This document shows, one piece after another, positions 9,628 through 19,059 of a stretch of DNA of 64,000 nucleotides (the stretch's first letter is position 1; the number at the start of each line of letters is the position of its first letter). The stretch is from assembly GCA_965247925.1 (NCBI GenBank), contig CBDFIB010000004.1:1862844-1926843 (forward strand), read 5' to 3'. Made by a program: the position numbers and the translations under genes. The notes under the pieces are model-generated. The model saw only the letters and a list, made by a program, of their open reading frames with translations. It ran no database searches and had not been told where the DNA came from. This DNA is from Dehalococcoidia bacterium (GTDB lineage: Bacteria > Chloroflexota > Dehalococcoidia > UBA2979).

Positions 9628-10890
9628 TCAAGACCGGGGCAGTCCGAGGCCGCGCGTCGCGATGATGTTGCGCTGGATCTCCGAGGTCCCGCCGCCGATC
9701 GTGGCGGCCACGCACCCGACATAACCGCGAGACCAGCGGGAGCGCAGCGGGGCACCCTCCTTGTCCCACAGCGCGCCGTAGAGGCCGAGCGTCTTCATCG
9801 CCGTCCGCGCGATGCCCTGCACCAACTGGTCGCTGAACAGCTTCTGCATCGACGCCTCGTAGTTGGGGACGCCGCCGCGCAGTTGCAGCGAGATGACGCG
9901 GTAGGAGAAGAGCCGCGCGAGGTGCCCCTCGATGTAGCGGTCCGCGATCTCGCCCCGCAGGGTGGGGGAGCGGTCGGCGCGCGCACGCGCGGCCGCGCCG
10001 GACGGCGCCTCGTCCTCGATCAGCCGCCGCAGGTCGTCGAGCGTGAGCAGGATGTGCACGCCCGAGCCGATCGAGGAGCGCTCGAAGTCGAGGTGCGTCG
10101 CGCCCACGTACCAGCCGCGGTTGAGCTCGCCCACGGCGTTGCTCGCGGGTACGCGAGCGTCCTCGAAGAACACCTCGTTGAACTCGCGATTGCCGTTGAT
10201 CTGCTCCATCGGGCGGACGCTGATGCCGGGCGTGTCCATCGGCATCAGCAGGTAGGTGATGCCGCGGTGCTTGGGCGCGTCGGGGTCCGTGCGGAAGAGC
10301 CCGAACAGCCACTTCGCCTGGTCGGCGAACGAGGTCCAGATCTTCTGCCCGTTGAGCACGAAGTCGTCGCCGTCGCGGTCCGCCCGCGTCTGCAGCGAGG
10401 CGAGATCGGAGCCGGCGCCCGGCTCGGAGTAGCCCTGCGCCCAGCGCTCCTCGCCGCGCATCAGCCCGGGCAGGAAGCGCCGCTTCATCTCCTCCGACCC
10501 GTGCACGAGGAGCGTGGCGCCCACCAGGTCCGGCACGCCGCCGCCGCCGGGCGCGCGGAAGCCGGCCAGCACCTCGTTGAGGATGAACTGCTGCTCCACG
10601 GAGAGGTCGGCGCCGCCGTACTCCTTCGGCCATCCGGGTGCGGTCCAGCCGCGCTCGATCAGCGCCCGGCGGAACTCCTTCACCAGCCGCTGGTGCTCCT
10701 CGTCTTCGGGCCAGACCGAAGCCGAGCCGGGGCCGCCGAGCCCGCTGTACTGCGCGTCGTCGCGCAGCTTCGCGGGCAGGTGTGCAGCGATGTACCCGGA
10801 CACCTCGCGCCGCCACGCCGCCTGCTCCGGACTGTCCGCGAAGTCGACCATCACGCCCTCCTCGGGTGCGGCTGCAGGGCGGGGCGGCAA
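9628..10890 (-). CDS. acyl-CoA dehydrogenase
   Basis: 420-aa frame with the ACAD N-terminal, middle beta-barrel and C-terminal helical domains (GGTSEIQRNIIA near the C-terminus). The true start is probably the Met at about 10851 (MVDFADSPEQ). Confidence 0.8.
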   Translation of the reverse strand: MPPRPAAAPEEGVMVDFADSPEQAAWRREVSGYIAAHLPAKLRDDAQYSGLGGPGSASVWPEDEEHQRLVKEFRRALIERGWTAPGWPKEYGGADLSVEQQFILNEVLAGFRAPGGGGVPDLVGATLLVHGSEEMKRRFLPGLMRGEERWAQGYSEPGAGSDLASLQTRADRDGDDFVLNGQKIWTSFADQAKWLFGLFRTDPDAPKHRGITYLLMPMDTPGISVRPMEQINGNREFNEVFFEDARVPASNAVGELNRGWYVGATHLDFERSSIGSGVHILLTLDDLRRLIEDEAPSGAAARARADRSPTLRGEIADRYIEGHLARLFSYRVISLQLRGGVPNYEASMQKLFSDQLVQGIARTAMKTLGLYGALWDKEGAPLRSRWSRGYVGCVAATIGGGTSEIQRNIIATRGLGLPRS

Positions 10891-11084
10891 GGCCCACCGT
10901 CACCACAAGCATAATGCCCACAATCGCGGCGCGCGGGCAGCAGAGCCGACTCGCCTCAGTACGCTCGCTGCGCCTCATCCCCGCTGATGGACATAACATT
11001 GCCATGCGCGGCGCTGCCCGTATCGGAACGCCTTCGTATAATGGCCGCGAACGAGGGACGCGAAGCGGCCGGGGAGGGGACAGC

Positions 11085-11339
11085 GTGGTCAAGGCGTACG
11101 TGTTGATCGTCACGGACCCCGGGAGCACGCGCCACGTCACCGAGACCCTGGCGGCGCTGCCACGCATCCAGGCTGTCAGCGAGGTGATGGGCCCCTACGA
11201 CATCGTTGCCGAAATCGAGGCCGACAGCCTGACCGAGATTCCGCCCATCCTCTCCGGCGAAATCCGCACCATCGCGGGCATCCAGTCCACGACCTCGCTC
11301 GTCGCGTTCCCGATCGACAACCCGCAGTCCGAGCTGTAG
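11085..11339 (+). CDS. Lrp/AsnC-type stand-alone ligand-binding (RAM) domain protein
   Basis: About 84 aa from a GTG start, with a GGGGAGGGGA SD-like stretch 5-14 nt upstream. [44 protein letters not shown] is a typical RAM domain. There is no HTH. Confidence 0.5.
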   Translation: MVKAYVLIVTDPGSTRHVTETLAALPRIQAVSEVMGPYDIVAEIEADSLTEIPPILSGEIRTIAGIQSTTSLVAFPIDNPQSEL

Positions 11340-11367
11340 CGCCCGACGCGCCCGGAGGAGGCAGCCG

Positions 11368-11850
11368 ATGGCGATCACCCTCGAGGCCGGCGACCGCGCT
11401 CCCGCGTTCACGCTGCCGGATCAGGACGGCGCGACGCACCGCCTGAGCGACTACCGCGGGCGGACGGTCGTGCTCTACTTCTACCCGCGGGATTTCACGC
11501 CCGGCTGCACGAAGCAGGCGTGCTCGCTGCGCGACACGAACGAGGAGATCGCCGCCGAGGGCGCCGTGATCCTCGGCGTCTCCACCGACGACGCGGACTC
11601 GCACCGCAGCTTCCGCGAGGAGCACGGCCTCAACTTCCCGTTGCTCTCGGACGCGGGCGCGAAGGTTTCGACGCGCTACGGATCGTGGGGGGAGAAGACC
11701 CTCTACGGTCGCAAGAGCATCGGCATGACGCGCTCGACGTTCATCATCGGGCCGAACGGGAAGCTGTTGCGCGTCTGGAAGCGCGCCCGCGCCGCCGACC
11801 ACGGCGAGACGGTGCTCAAGGCGCTGCGCGACCTCGCTGCTCGCTCGTAG
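11368..11850 (+). CDS. bcp: thioredoxin-dependent peroxiredoxin Bcp (AhpC/TSA family)
   Basis: 160 aa with [15 protein letters not shown] (peroxidatic and resolving Cys). Confidence 0.8.
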   Translation: MAITLEAGDRAPAFTLPDQDGATHRLSDYRGRTVVLYFYPRDFTPGCTKQACSLRDTNEEIAAEGAVILGVSTDDADSHRSFREEHGLNFPLLSDAGAKVSTRYGSWGEKTLYGRKSIGMTRSTFIIGPNGKLLRVWKRARAADHGETVLKALRDLAARS

Positions 11851-12342
11851 CCGCCCGCACCGCGTCTGCGCGGGGATTGTCGTTAAGGCGACATAACGCT
11901 GGCTCTGTAGCGATCGGCGTCTTCGTGAGGCGTCGCGTCGACGCCGCGCGGGCAGCCCTGGCCGGTCCTGGCTGTGGCGCCACCAGCCCAACGCCTCCCG
12001 GTTGGCAGCACCTTGCTCTGGCCCGCGCTGTGCAGTTGCGGCGCCGCGCGCCACGATGCTCGCCCCGGAGCACCGAAGGCTACGACGATCCATCGAGGCC
12101 CCGCCGTCGCCGCCGGCCATTGGCCAGGGCCTCGGATGCCGTTCTCGGAAGGGCTGGCCCTCCCCGGCGTTACGCTGTGCCGATCGCGTCGGTGAACTTC
12201 GCCCTATCTTTCTTATGTTGTCATTGGCTGACTCGGTAACGCTGAGGGCGCTGATAAGCGCCTCCGGGCGGCGCACCGTGGCAGTGATAGACTTAATGCG
12301 GTCCCGTGGGGTGCGGAATCAGACCGCCGCAAGGAGCCCGGA

Positions 12343-13656
12343 ATGAACTCAAGCGCGGCTCGGACCGCTCTCGTCGCAGCGCTCTCGGCCGTGATCGGCG
12401 TGCTCCTGATCGTCGCCGGCTTCCTCGCCGCCATCATCGTCCTCGACGATGGTGACGAGGTCGCGCCGCCTGCCGCGGTCGCCGAGGTCACCGCGACGCC
12501 GGTGGCGGACCCACCCGCAACGCCTAGCGTGGGCGCCGCCGCCGAAGGCGTCGATATCCATGGCGGGATCTTCGAGGAGATCGTCGACATCCTCGCCGAG
12601 GATTTCGTCGAACCCGAGCGCATCGACCGCCAGTTCCTCTTCGAGGGCGCGATCAACGGCATCTTCACCTCTCTCAACGACCCGCACTCCACCTACATCG
12701 ACCCGCAGACGTTTGCCGTCTCGCGCACCGACTTCTCCGGCGCCTTCCAGGGCATCGGCGCGACGGTCGCGCAGCAGGACAACCACGTCGTGATCGTGAC
12801 GCCGCTGCCCGGCACGCCTGCCGAGCGCGCCGGCATCCAGGCCGGCGACATCATCCTCGAGGTCGACGGCGAGTCGGCCGAGGGCTGGAGCGTGGAGAAG
12901 GCGGTGCTGCGCATCCGCGGCCGCACCGGGACCACCGTCGAGCTGCTCGTCCGGCACGCCGACGGCACCGAGGAGCTGGTCCCGATTACGCGCGACGAGA
13001 TCCTCGTGGCCTCGGTGGGCACCTCGCCGCCGGGCGGCGTGCTCAAGGACGGCGACGACAACGAGGTCACCGACCTCGCCTACATCCGCATCCGCACCTT
13101 CACGGCGCGCACGCCGACCGAGCTGCGGCGCGCGATCGAGGCGGCCGGGGACGCCAAGGGGCTGATCCTCGACCTGCGAAGCAACCCGGGCGGCCTGCTG
13201 GTTGAGACCGCGCAGACGGCGGACCTCTTCCTCGATGGCGGCACGATCCTCGTGCAGGTCGATCGCGACGGAAACGAGCAGATCTACAACGCGCAGTCGG
13301 GCATGGTCACGGACATTCCGGTCGCGATCCTGCAGGACGAGTTCTCCGCCTCCGGCTCGGAGCTGCTGGCGGCGGCGCTGCAGGAGAACGACCGCGCGAT
13401 CGTGGTCGGCTCGCCCTCCTTCGGCAAGGGCACCGTCAGCCACGCCCGCGACCTCAGCAACGGCGGCGCCGTCTACGTCTCGATTGCCCGCTGGCTGACG
13501 CCCGATCGCAACCTGATCGAGGGCCAGGGCGTTACTCCCGACATCGAGGTGGAACTGACCGTCGAGGACATCGAGGAGCGGCGCGACGTCGCGCTCTATC
13601 GGGCAATCGACGCGCTGCGCGCACAGGTCGAGGCGCAGAGCTCAGCCAGCTCGTAG
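12343..13656 (+). CDS. ctpA: S41 family C-terminal processing peptidase (PDZ domain), membrane-anchored
   Basis: 437 aa with an N-terminal TM helix, a PDZ domain (GDIILEVDG) and a tail-specific protease core (FSASGSEL...FGKGTV). An AAGGAG-like RBS sits before the ATG. Confidence 0.8.
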   Translation: MNSSAARTALVAALSAVIGVLLIVAGFLAAIIVLDDGDEVAPPAAVAEVTATPVADPPATPSVGAAAEGVDIHGGIFEEIVDILAEDFVEPERIDRQFLFEGAINGIFTSLNDPHSTYIDPQTFAVSRTDFSGAFQGIGATVAQQDNHVVIVTPLPGTPAERAGIQAGDIILEVDGESAEGWSVEKAVLRIRGRTGTTVELLVRHADGTEELVPITRDEILVASVGTSPPGGVLKDGDDNEVTDLAYIRIRTFTARTPTELRRAIEAAGDAKGLILDLRSNPGGLLVETAQTADLFLDGGTILVQVDRDGNEQIYNAQSGMVTDIPVAILQDEFSASGSELLAAALQENDRAIVVGSPSFGKGTVSHARDLSNGGAVYVSIARWLTPDRNLIEGQGVTPDIEVELTVEDIEERRDVALYRAIDALRAQVEAQSSASS

Positions 13657-13732
13657 TTATGTAACCTGAGCGCCACCCCTCCCCGCCCCGGCTTACGGTT
13701 CGCGGGCGCGGTGACGCCGGGGGAACGGCGCC

Positions 13733-14224
13733 ATGGCGAAGAAGCGATCACGCGGGCAGCGCAAGACTCGTGACGGGGCCGCCGTCGCGACGAACCGCCG
13801 CGCCCGCTACGACTACGATCTCACGCAGAACACCGAGGCCGGTCTCGTCCTCACCGGCTCCGAGATCAAGTCGATCCGCAGTGGCCAGGCGAACATCGCC
13901 GAGGGCTTCGGCCGCTTCCAGCGCGGCGAGTTGTGGCTTTACAATGTTCACATCGCTCCGTACGCGGCTGCCCGTGAAAACCACGAGCCGACGCGTCCGC
14001 GAAAGCTGCTGCTGCATCGCAGCCAGCTCGAGCGGCTGGAGCGAGCGCTGCGCGAGCAGCCCGGCACGACGATCGTCCCGTTGCGGCTCTACCTGACCCG
14101 CGGACTGGCGAAAGTCGAGATCGGGCTTGGTCGCGGCCGTCGCAGCTATGACAAGCGGCAGGCGATCGCGACGCGCGAGGCCGAGCGGACGATGCAGCGG
14201 GCGCTGCGCAGGGAACTGCGCTGA
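13733..14224 (+). CDS. smpB: SsrA-binding protein
   Basis: 163 aa with RYDYDL...GSEIKSIR...ELWLYNVHIAPY, the canonical SmpB. tmRNA lies immediately downstream. Confidence 0.85.
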   Translation: MAKKRSRGQRKTRDGAAVATNRRARYDYDLTQNTEAGLVLTGSEIKSIRSGQANIAEGFGRFQRGELWLYNVHIAPYAAARENHEPTRPRKLLLHRSQLERLERALREQPGTTIVPLRLYLTRGLAKVEIGLGRGRRSYDKRQAIATREAERTMQRALRRELR

Positions 14225-14274
14225 GCCGGCGGCAGCGAAGGCGAGGCCGGACGTGGGCGGCGTGACAGAACCGT

Positions 14275-14629
14275 GGGGACGATAGGAGTCGACAGGAGTT
14301 TACGGACACGGATTGCGGGCCGAGGCGCCACCACCCTCGTTAAACAGGTGGCAAACCGTAACTGGCGAAAAAGAACTCGCCCTCGCCGCCTAACCAGGCG
14401 GTGACGTCGCCCCCGGGCTCAGCCCGGCAGACCGGGAGGCGGCGACGATACGCCGGGCTGCAACCGCGAAGATGCGCCACAGGTCTCGCGGCCAAGATTA
14501 CTGGGGCTGGCCGGCCCACCCCTCGTCGGTGAAGGCAGGCCGGTGAGACCTTCTCACCGACTACGCCCGTAGTAGATTCGTGACGGCCGCTCTCTGGACG
14601 GGGAGTTCAATTCTCCCCCGTCTCCACCA
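14275..14629 (+). ncRNA. ssrA: transfer-messenger RNA (tmRNA)
   Basis: The 5' GGGGACGATAGGAGTCGAC acceptor/D region and the 3' tRNA-like end (GGACGGGGAGTTCAATTCTCCCCCGTCTCCACCA, T-arm plus CCA) are both present. An internal tag reading frame ends ...GEKELALAA-TAA, and the gene sits downstream of smpB. Confidence 0.8.
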
Positions 14630-15061
14630 CATTCACTACCTCGAGTCCCGCGAGTTCGCGGCGCGCCCGCAGTGCAGGCGCGAGCGTGCGGCGTGCGGGC
14701 GGTTCACTACGCGATGCGCCGGAGCGCGACGCCGCCCTCCGTGAACAGCCACGCATCAGGGAAGGTCAGCCCGTCCCAGAATTCGACGGCATCGACGGCG
14801 TCGAGCGTGGCGGGCCGCCTAGCAGGCTGCTGAAAAACTCCTGATCCTGGGCCGCTGGGTCTCACTGGCCATTCGGTGGGCTGGCGTAGAGCCCAGAAAC
14901 ATTGGGGTTTTTGATGTCGCGGCCAGCGCGATTTCAGCCCAAAACCGCCGCGGCGGACTTTTTCATCACCCTGCTGAGGCTGTCGCACAAACCCGCGATG
15001 CGGGGAACATCGCGATAGGATGAGCATGGCGGCGGGGGCGGAGTGATTCCGGGGTGCCGCC

Positions 15062-16270
15062 ATGACCCAGCGCTTCCTGCCGTGCGAGCGTGACCAGCAA
15101 TACCTGATGCCCGCCAGCCTCCGCGACTGGCTGCCCGAGGACCACCTCGCGTGGTTCGTGCTCGATGCGGTAAGCCAGCTCGACCTCACCGCGTTCTACG
15201 CGCGCTACCGCGAGGACGGTTGGGGGCGGAAGGCGTACGAGCCGTCGATGATGGTCGCGCTCGTGCTCTATGCCTACTGCGAGGGCGAGCGCTCGAGCCG
15301 CCAGATCGAACGGCGCTGCCGCGAGGACATCGCCTTCCGCGTGCTGACCGCGAACCAGCAGCCCGACCACGCCACGATCTGCCGCTTCCGGCAGCAGCAC
15401 GAGCAAGCGCTGGCGGGACTGTTCGCCGGGGTGCTCAGGCTGTGCGCCGAGGCGGGTCTGTTGCGGGTCGGCGTGGTCGCGCTCGACGGCACCAAACTCC
15501 GCGCGAACGCCAGCCGTGAGCGCAATCGCACGGATGCGGAGCTTGCGGCCGAGGTGCGGCGCATCCTCGCCGAGGCGGAGCGGGTGGACGCCGAGGAGAA
15601 CGCGCGCTTCGGCGACGCGCGGGGCGACGAGTTGCCTGCGGGGTTCAGGGACCGCGAGGAGCGCCTGCAGCGGCTGCGCGAGGCGCGGGAGCGGCTGGCG
15701 GCCCGTGAGCGGGAGCGGCAGGAGGACTATGAGGAACGCCTCAGGAGCCGCGCGCAGAAGGACCGGCGCGGGCGCCGCCCGCAGCCGCCGCAGCCCGACC
15801 CGGGCGCGAAGGTGAACGTCACCGACCCGGACAGCCGCGTGGTGCGCGACTATCACGGCTACTTCCAGGGCTACAACGTGCAGGCGGTGACGAGTAGCGA
15901 CCAGATCATCGTCGCGGCCGAGGTGAGCCTCCAGGCGACGGACATGCACGAGCTGCAACCGATGATCGAGGCGATGCACCGCAACCTGCAGGCCGCACAC
16001 TGCGGGCCGCTGCGCGTGCTGCTGGCCGATGCCGGCTACTACTCCGAGGCGAACGTGCGGCAGGCCGAAGGCAGGGGTCCGGAGCTGCTGATCGCCACCC
16101 GCAGCGACCGCAACCGGCGCGCCGGCGCTGCGGCGCCGCGCGGGCGCATCCCTGCCGGGCTCTCCGTACGTGAACGGATGGACCGGAAACTGGCGACGCA
16201 GCGGGGCCGGCGTCTCTACGAGCAGCGGCGCTGGATGATCGAACCCGTCTTTGGAGACGTCAAGGAAAAC
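15062..16270 (+). mobile_element. IS1182-family (IS5-like DDE) transposase gene, 3'-truncated IS remnant
   Basis: The N-terminal DUF772-like region and the DDE core are intact through ...RRWMIEPVFGDVKENRG. The frame then continues into Arg/Pro junk in place of the conserved FRRF...HNL C-terminus. The element's left end lies somewhere in 14800-15060 and was not mapped. Confidence 0.65.
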
Positions 16271-16706
16271 CGCGGCAGCTCATCGCGGGGCCGTGGCCAA
16301 CGGCCACGGTCGTGCCCTCCGGGCGCCAGTGTTCCAGCAGCGCGGTCGAGAGGCGCTGCAAGACTTCGTCCCGAGGTTCCCAGCCAGGTGCGGAACCGGA
16401 CCGCAGGTACGCTCGCGCGTGCTCGCGATAGTCGCCGTCTGTCCAGGGGCGCTGGACTTCGCGGAGACCGGGGCAGACCTCGGCGGGTCCGAGACCGAGC
16501 GCGCCTGTCACCTGCTCGGCCGTCTCGATCGCCTTGCGCTCGTCCCTGCTGACCACGGCGAGGGGTGGGGTGAGGCCGCCGAGGGAGCGGGCGAGACGAA
16601 CGGTCGCCTCCCTCGCCTCGGGTGTCAGGGGCCATGCGTCGGCGGGGATCGCTGGGTCGGGTTTCACCGTGGCGTGGCGAACCCAGACAAGGTGGCGGTG
16701 GGTCAT
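16260..16706 (-). CDS. histidine phosphatase family protein (phosphoglycerate mutase-like), probably C-terminally truncated
   Basis: HLVWVRHA (RHG-type motif) and a distal VGHG are present. The last residues (SCRGFP-stop) are encoded by the antisense of IS transposase sequence, so the native C-terminus was lost at the IS junction. Confidence 0.5.
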   Translation of the reverse strand: MTHRHLVWVRHATVKPDPAIPADAWPLTPEAREATVRLARSLGGLTPPLAVVSRDERKAIETAEQVTGALGLGPAEVCPGLREVQRPWTDGDYREHARAYLRSGSAPGWEPRDEVLQRLSTALLEHWRPEGTTVAVGHGPAMSCRGFP

Positions 16707-16857
16707 CTCGCATCCATCGTATCGGAGGCGCGGTCTTGCGACTCCCGGCGCCCTGCCGGCCGGACCGCGGTGCACTCGAGGTCGCTGGCGCACGCTCCGA
16801 GTCGATAGATCGCCCGCGTGGCGCTACATTGGCGCGGCGACGGAAGGTCGGTGCGGG

Positions 16858-17796
16858 ATGCGTGTTGCGGTACTGGGTGGAAGCGGCTTCATCGGGACGC
16901 GTGTGATGCGCCGGCTCGTGGAGCACGGGCACGAGGTCCACTGCATGGACATCGCGCCGGATGCTCCCGCGCTCGACCCGCTTCGCGACCGGATCCGGCT
17001 CATGCGCGGCGACATCACCCTCATGGACGACGTCGTCGAGGCGCTCGTGGCGAGCAAGCCCGACCGCGTTCTCAACCTCGCGTACACCCTGGGCCAGTCC
17101 GAGGACGACCCGCACCCGCAGGTGCGGTTGAACATCCTCGGGATGGACAACTGCTTCGAGGCGGCCCGCATCCTCGGCATCCGGCGGGTGGTCTACGCGA
17201 GCTCGCTCGCCGTCTATGGTGCGCAGCGACTGCACGGCCAGCACCACGTGACCGAGGACGAAGCCCGGCTAGGCACGAGCCTCTACGCGGTCTCCAAGAT
17301 CTTCAACGAGCACCAGGCCGACTGGTACAACCGCGCCTACGACATGGCCATCACCGGCGTGAGGCCCGCGAACATCACGGGCCCCGACAAGGTGCGGGGC
17401 TCGATGAACCACGTGCAGTGCCAGGTGCTCCCGGCGCGGAACGAGCCCATCCACTTCCCCTACCGCGACATGATGACGCTGCCGCTCCACGTCGAGGACA
17501 TCGCCGAGGTCTTCCTGCGCGTGACGCTCGCCGAGGAGACGCACTACTCGATCTACAACTCGGGCGGCAACTCGCTGAACCTGGGCGAGCTCGCCGACCT
17601 CGTGCGCGAGTTCCTGCCCGAGGCGGAGATCACGTTCGAAGAGGACGAGGGCGGGTACGACCTCTCGAGTCTGTACCTGATGGACAACTCGCGGCTCGTC
17701 GAGGAGTTCGAGGTCCAGTACGCGCCGTTCCGGCAGCGCGTCATGGAGACCATCAACGACGTCCGGCTCGGGGAAGGGCTACCCCCGGTCGGCTAG
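16858..17796 (+). CDS. NAD-dependent epimerase/dehydratase family protein
   Basis: It starts MRVAVLGGSGFIGTRV (Rossmann GxxGxxG) and has YAVSK (YxxxK). It is about 312 aa. Confidence 0.75.
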   Translation: MRVAVLGGSGFIGTRVMRRLVEHGHEVHCMDIAPDAPALDPLRDRIRLMRGDITLMDDVVEALVASKPDRVLNLAYTLGQSEDDPHPQVRLNILGMDNCFEAARILGIRRVVYASSLAVYGAQRLHGQHHVTEDEARLGTSLYAVSKIFNEHQADWYNRAYDMAITGVRPANITGPDKVRGSMNHVQCQVLPARNEPIHFPYRDMMTLPLHVEDIAEVFLRVTLAEETHYSIYNSGGNSLNLGELADLVREFLPEAEITFEEDEGGYDLSSLYLMDNSRLVEEFEVQYAPFRQRVMETINDVRLGEGLPPVG

Positions 17797-17797
17797 G

Positions 17798-19059
17798 CTA
17801 CTCGTCCTCCGGAAGCAGCACGACGCGTACGTAGCGGTCCTCGGGCAGGTAGCGTCGCGCTGCGGCCGCGACCTGCTCCAGGGTCAGCGCCTCCAACCAC
17901 TCATCGAAGCGGTTGATTTCCGCGAGCGGCTCGCCCCGCTGGGTGGCCACAAGGATCCCATTCAGCCAGAACCCGTTGTCACGAAGCTGTTCCTCGCGTG
18001 ACGTGCGCAGCAGTTCCTTGACCGTGTCCAGGTATCGCTGCTCACCCCCCGCGCGCAGCCACTCCAGTTCAACGGCCACCTCCGCCGCAAGCTCCTCCGC
18101 GCGGGAAGGGTCACTCCCGAAGATGATGGCGACCTGGTACTCGGGATCCGGGAGCGGCCTGGAGCCGGCGCTGACGCTGATGCTGTACGTGCCGCCGAGC
18201 TGTTCTCGCACCCGCTCGCGCAGACGGATCCCGAGCACCTCGCCTGCCACCTGCAGGGTCAGCGCTTCGCGACCGCTCCACTCCGCATCTCCGGCGAACA
18301 CCCACACCGTGTTCGCGCGTGGTTCGATGCCGCTGCGCACGACGAGGTCCTCGACTCCCGGCGGTGGATCGACCCCGACGTCCTGCCACTGCTCGACACG
18401 CCCGGTGGTCGGCAAACTGGCCAGGTAGGTGGCGGTCAACGAGCGAAGGTCATCCCAGTCAAAGGCGCCCACGAACACGAAGGTCGCGTCGCCCAGATCG
18501 GCGAACCGGTCGGCGTACACCGCTTCCGCACGCTCCAGGCTGAGTTCCTCCAGTTGTTCGAGGCTCAGGGGACGGCGCCGGAAGTGATTCTGGCTCAGCA
18601 CCGTGTTCACGGTGTCGAAGAGAACCGCGTCCGGCTGGGTGGGGCGAGTTTCGGCGGCGCTGCGCAGCCTTGCCTCGTAGGTCGAGAAGTAGGCCGGATC
18701 GAGCCGCGGGTCGGTCGCATACAGCGTGATCAGCTGGAACAGGGTCTCGAGGTCTTCCGGAGATGCACTTCCGTTCAGGCCCTCGGACAGCTCCCTGATG
18801 TAGGGGGACACTTCAACCCTCTTGCCGGCGAGCAGCTTGTCCAGGGTGACGCTGTCGTGCAGGCCGACGCCGCTGCCGGATACCAGCGCGGCGGCGAACA
18901 GGGCGGAGACATGGTCCGCGTCGGCGACCAGCGAGTGGCCCCCCGGGCTGAAGGCGCTGAAGCGCACTTCGTCATCGCGGAAGTCGGTCTGCTTGGCGAT
19001 GACGGTGATGCCGTTCGAGAGAGTCCAGCGCACGGCATCGATGGACTCGACCTGCTTCT
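17798..19059 (-). pseudogene. M16 family zinc peptidase, C-terminal half (gene split by an IS110-family insertion)
   Basis: It begins ...AVRWTLSNGITVIAKQ, the typical start of the second M16 domain pair, and an in-frame stop lies just upstream at the IS boundary. It partners with the N-terminal fragment at 20581..22356. Confidence 0.7.

Noticed and set aside
9440-11167. 575-aa minus-strand ORF
   Set aside because: It is an out-of-frame overlap of the acyl-CoA dehydrogenase gene. The 9628..10890 frame has the ACAD motifs.
12349-13443. 364-aa minus-strand ORF
   Set aside because: It is antisense to ctpA.
14707-15189. 160-aa minus-strand ORF between tmRNA and the transposase start
   Set aside because: It has mostly junk composition and overlaps the IS left-end region. 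Only its last ~30 codons might be a gene remnant, which is noted in a finding.
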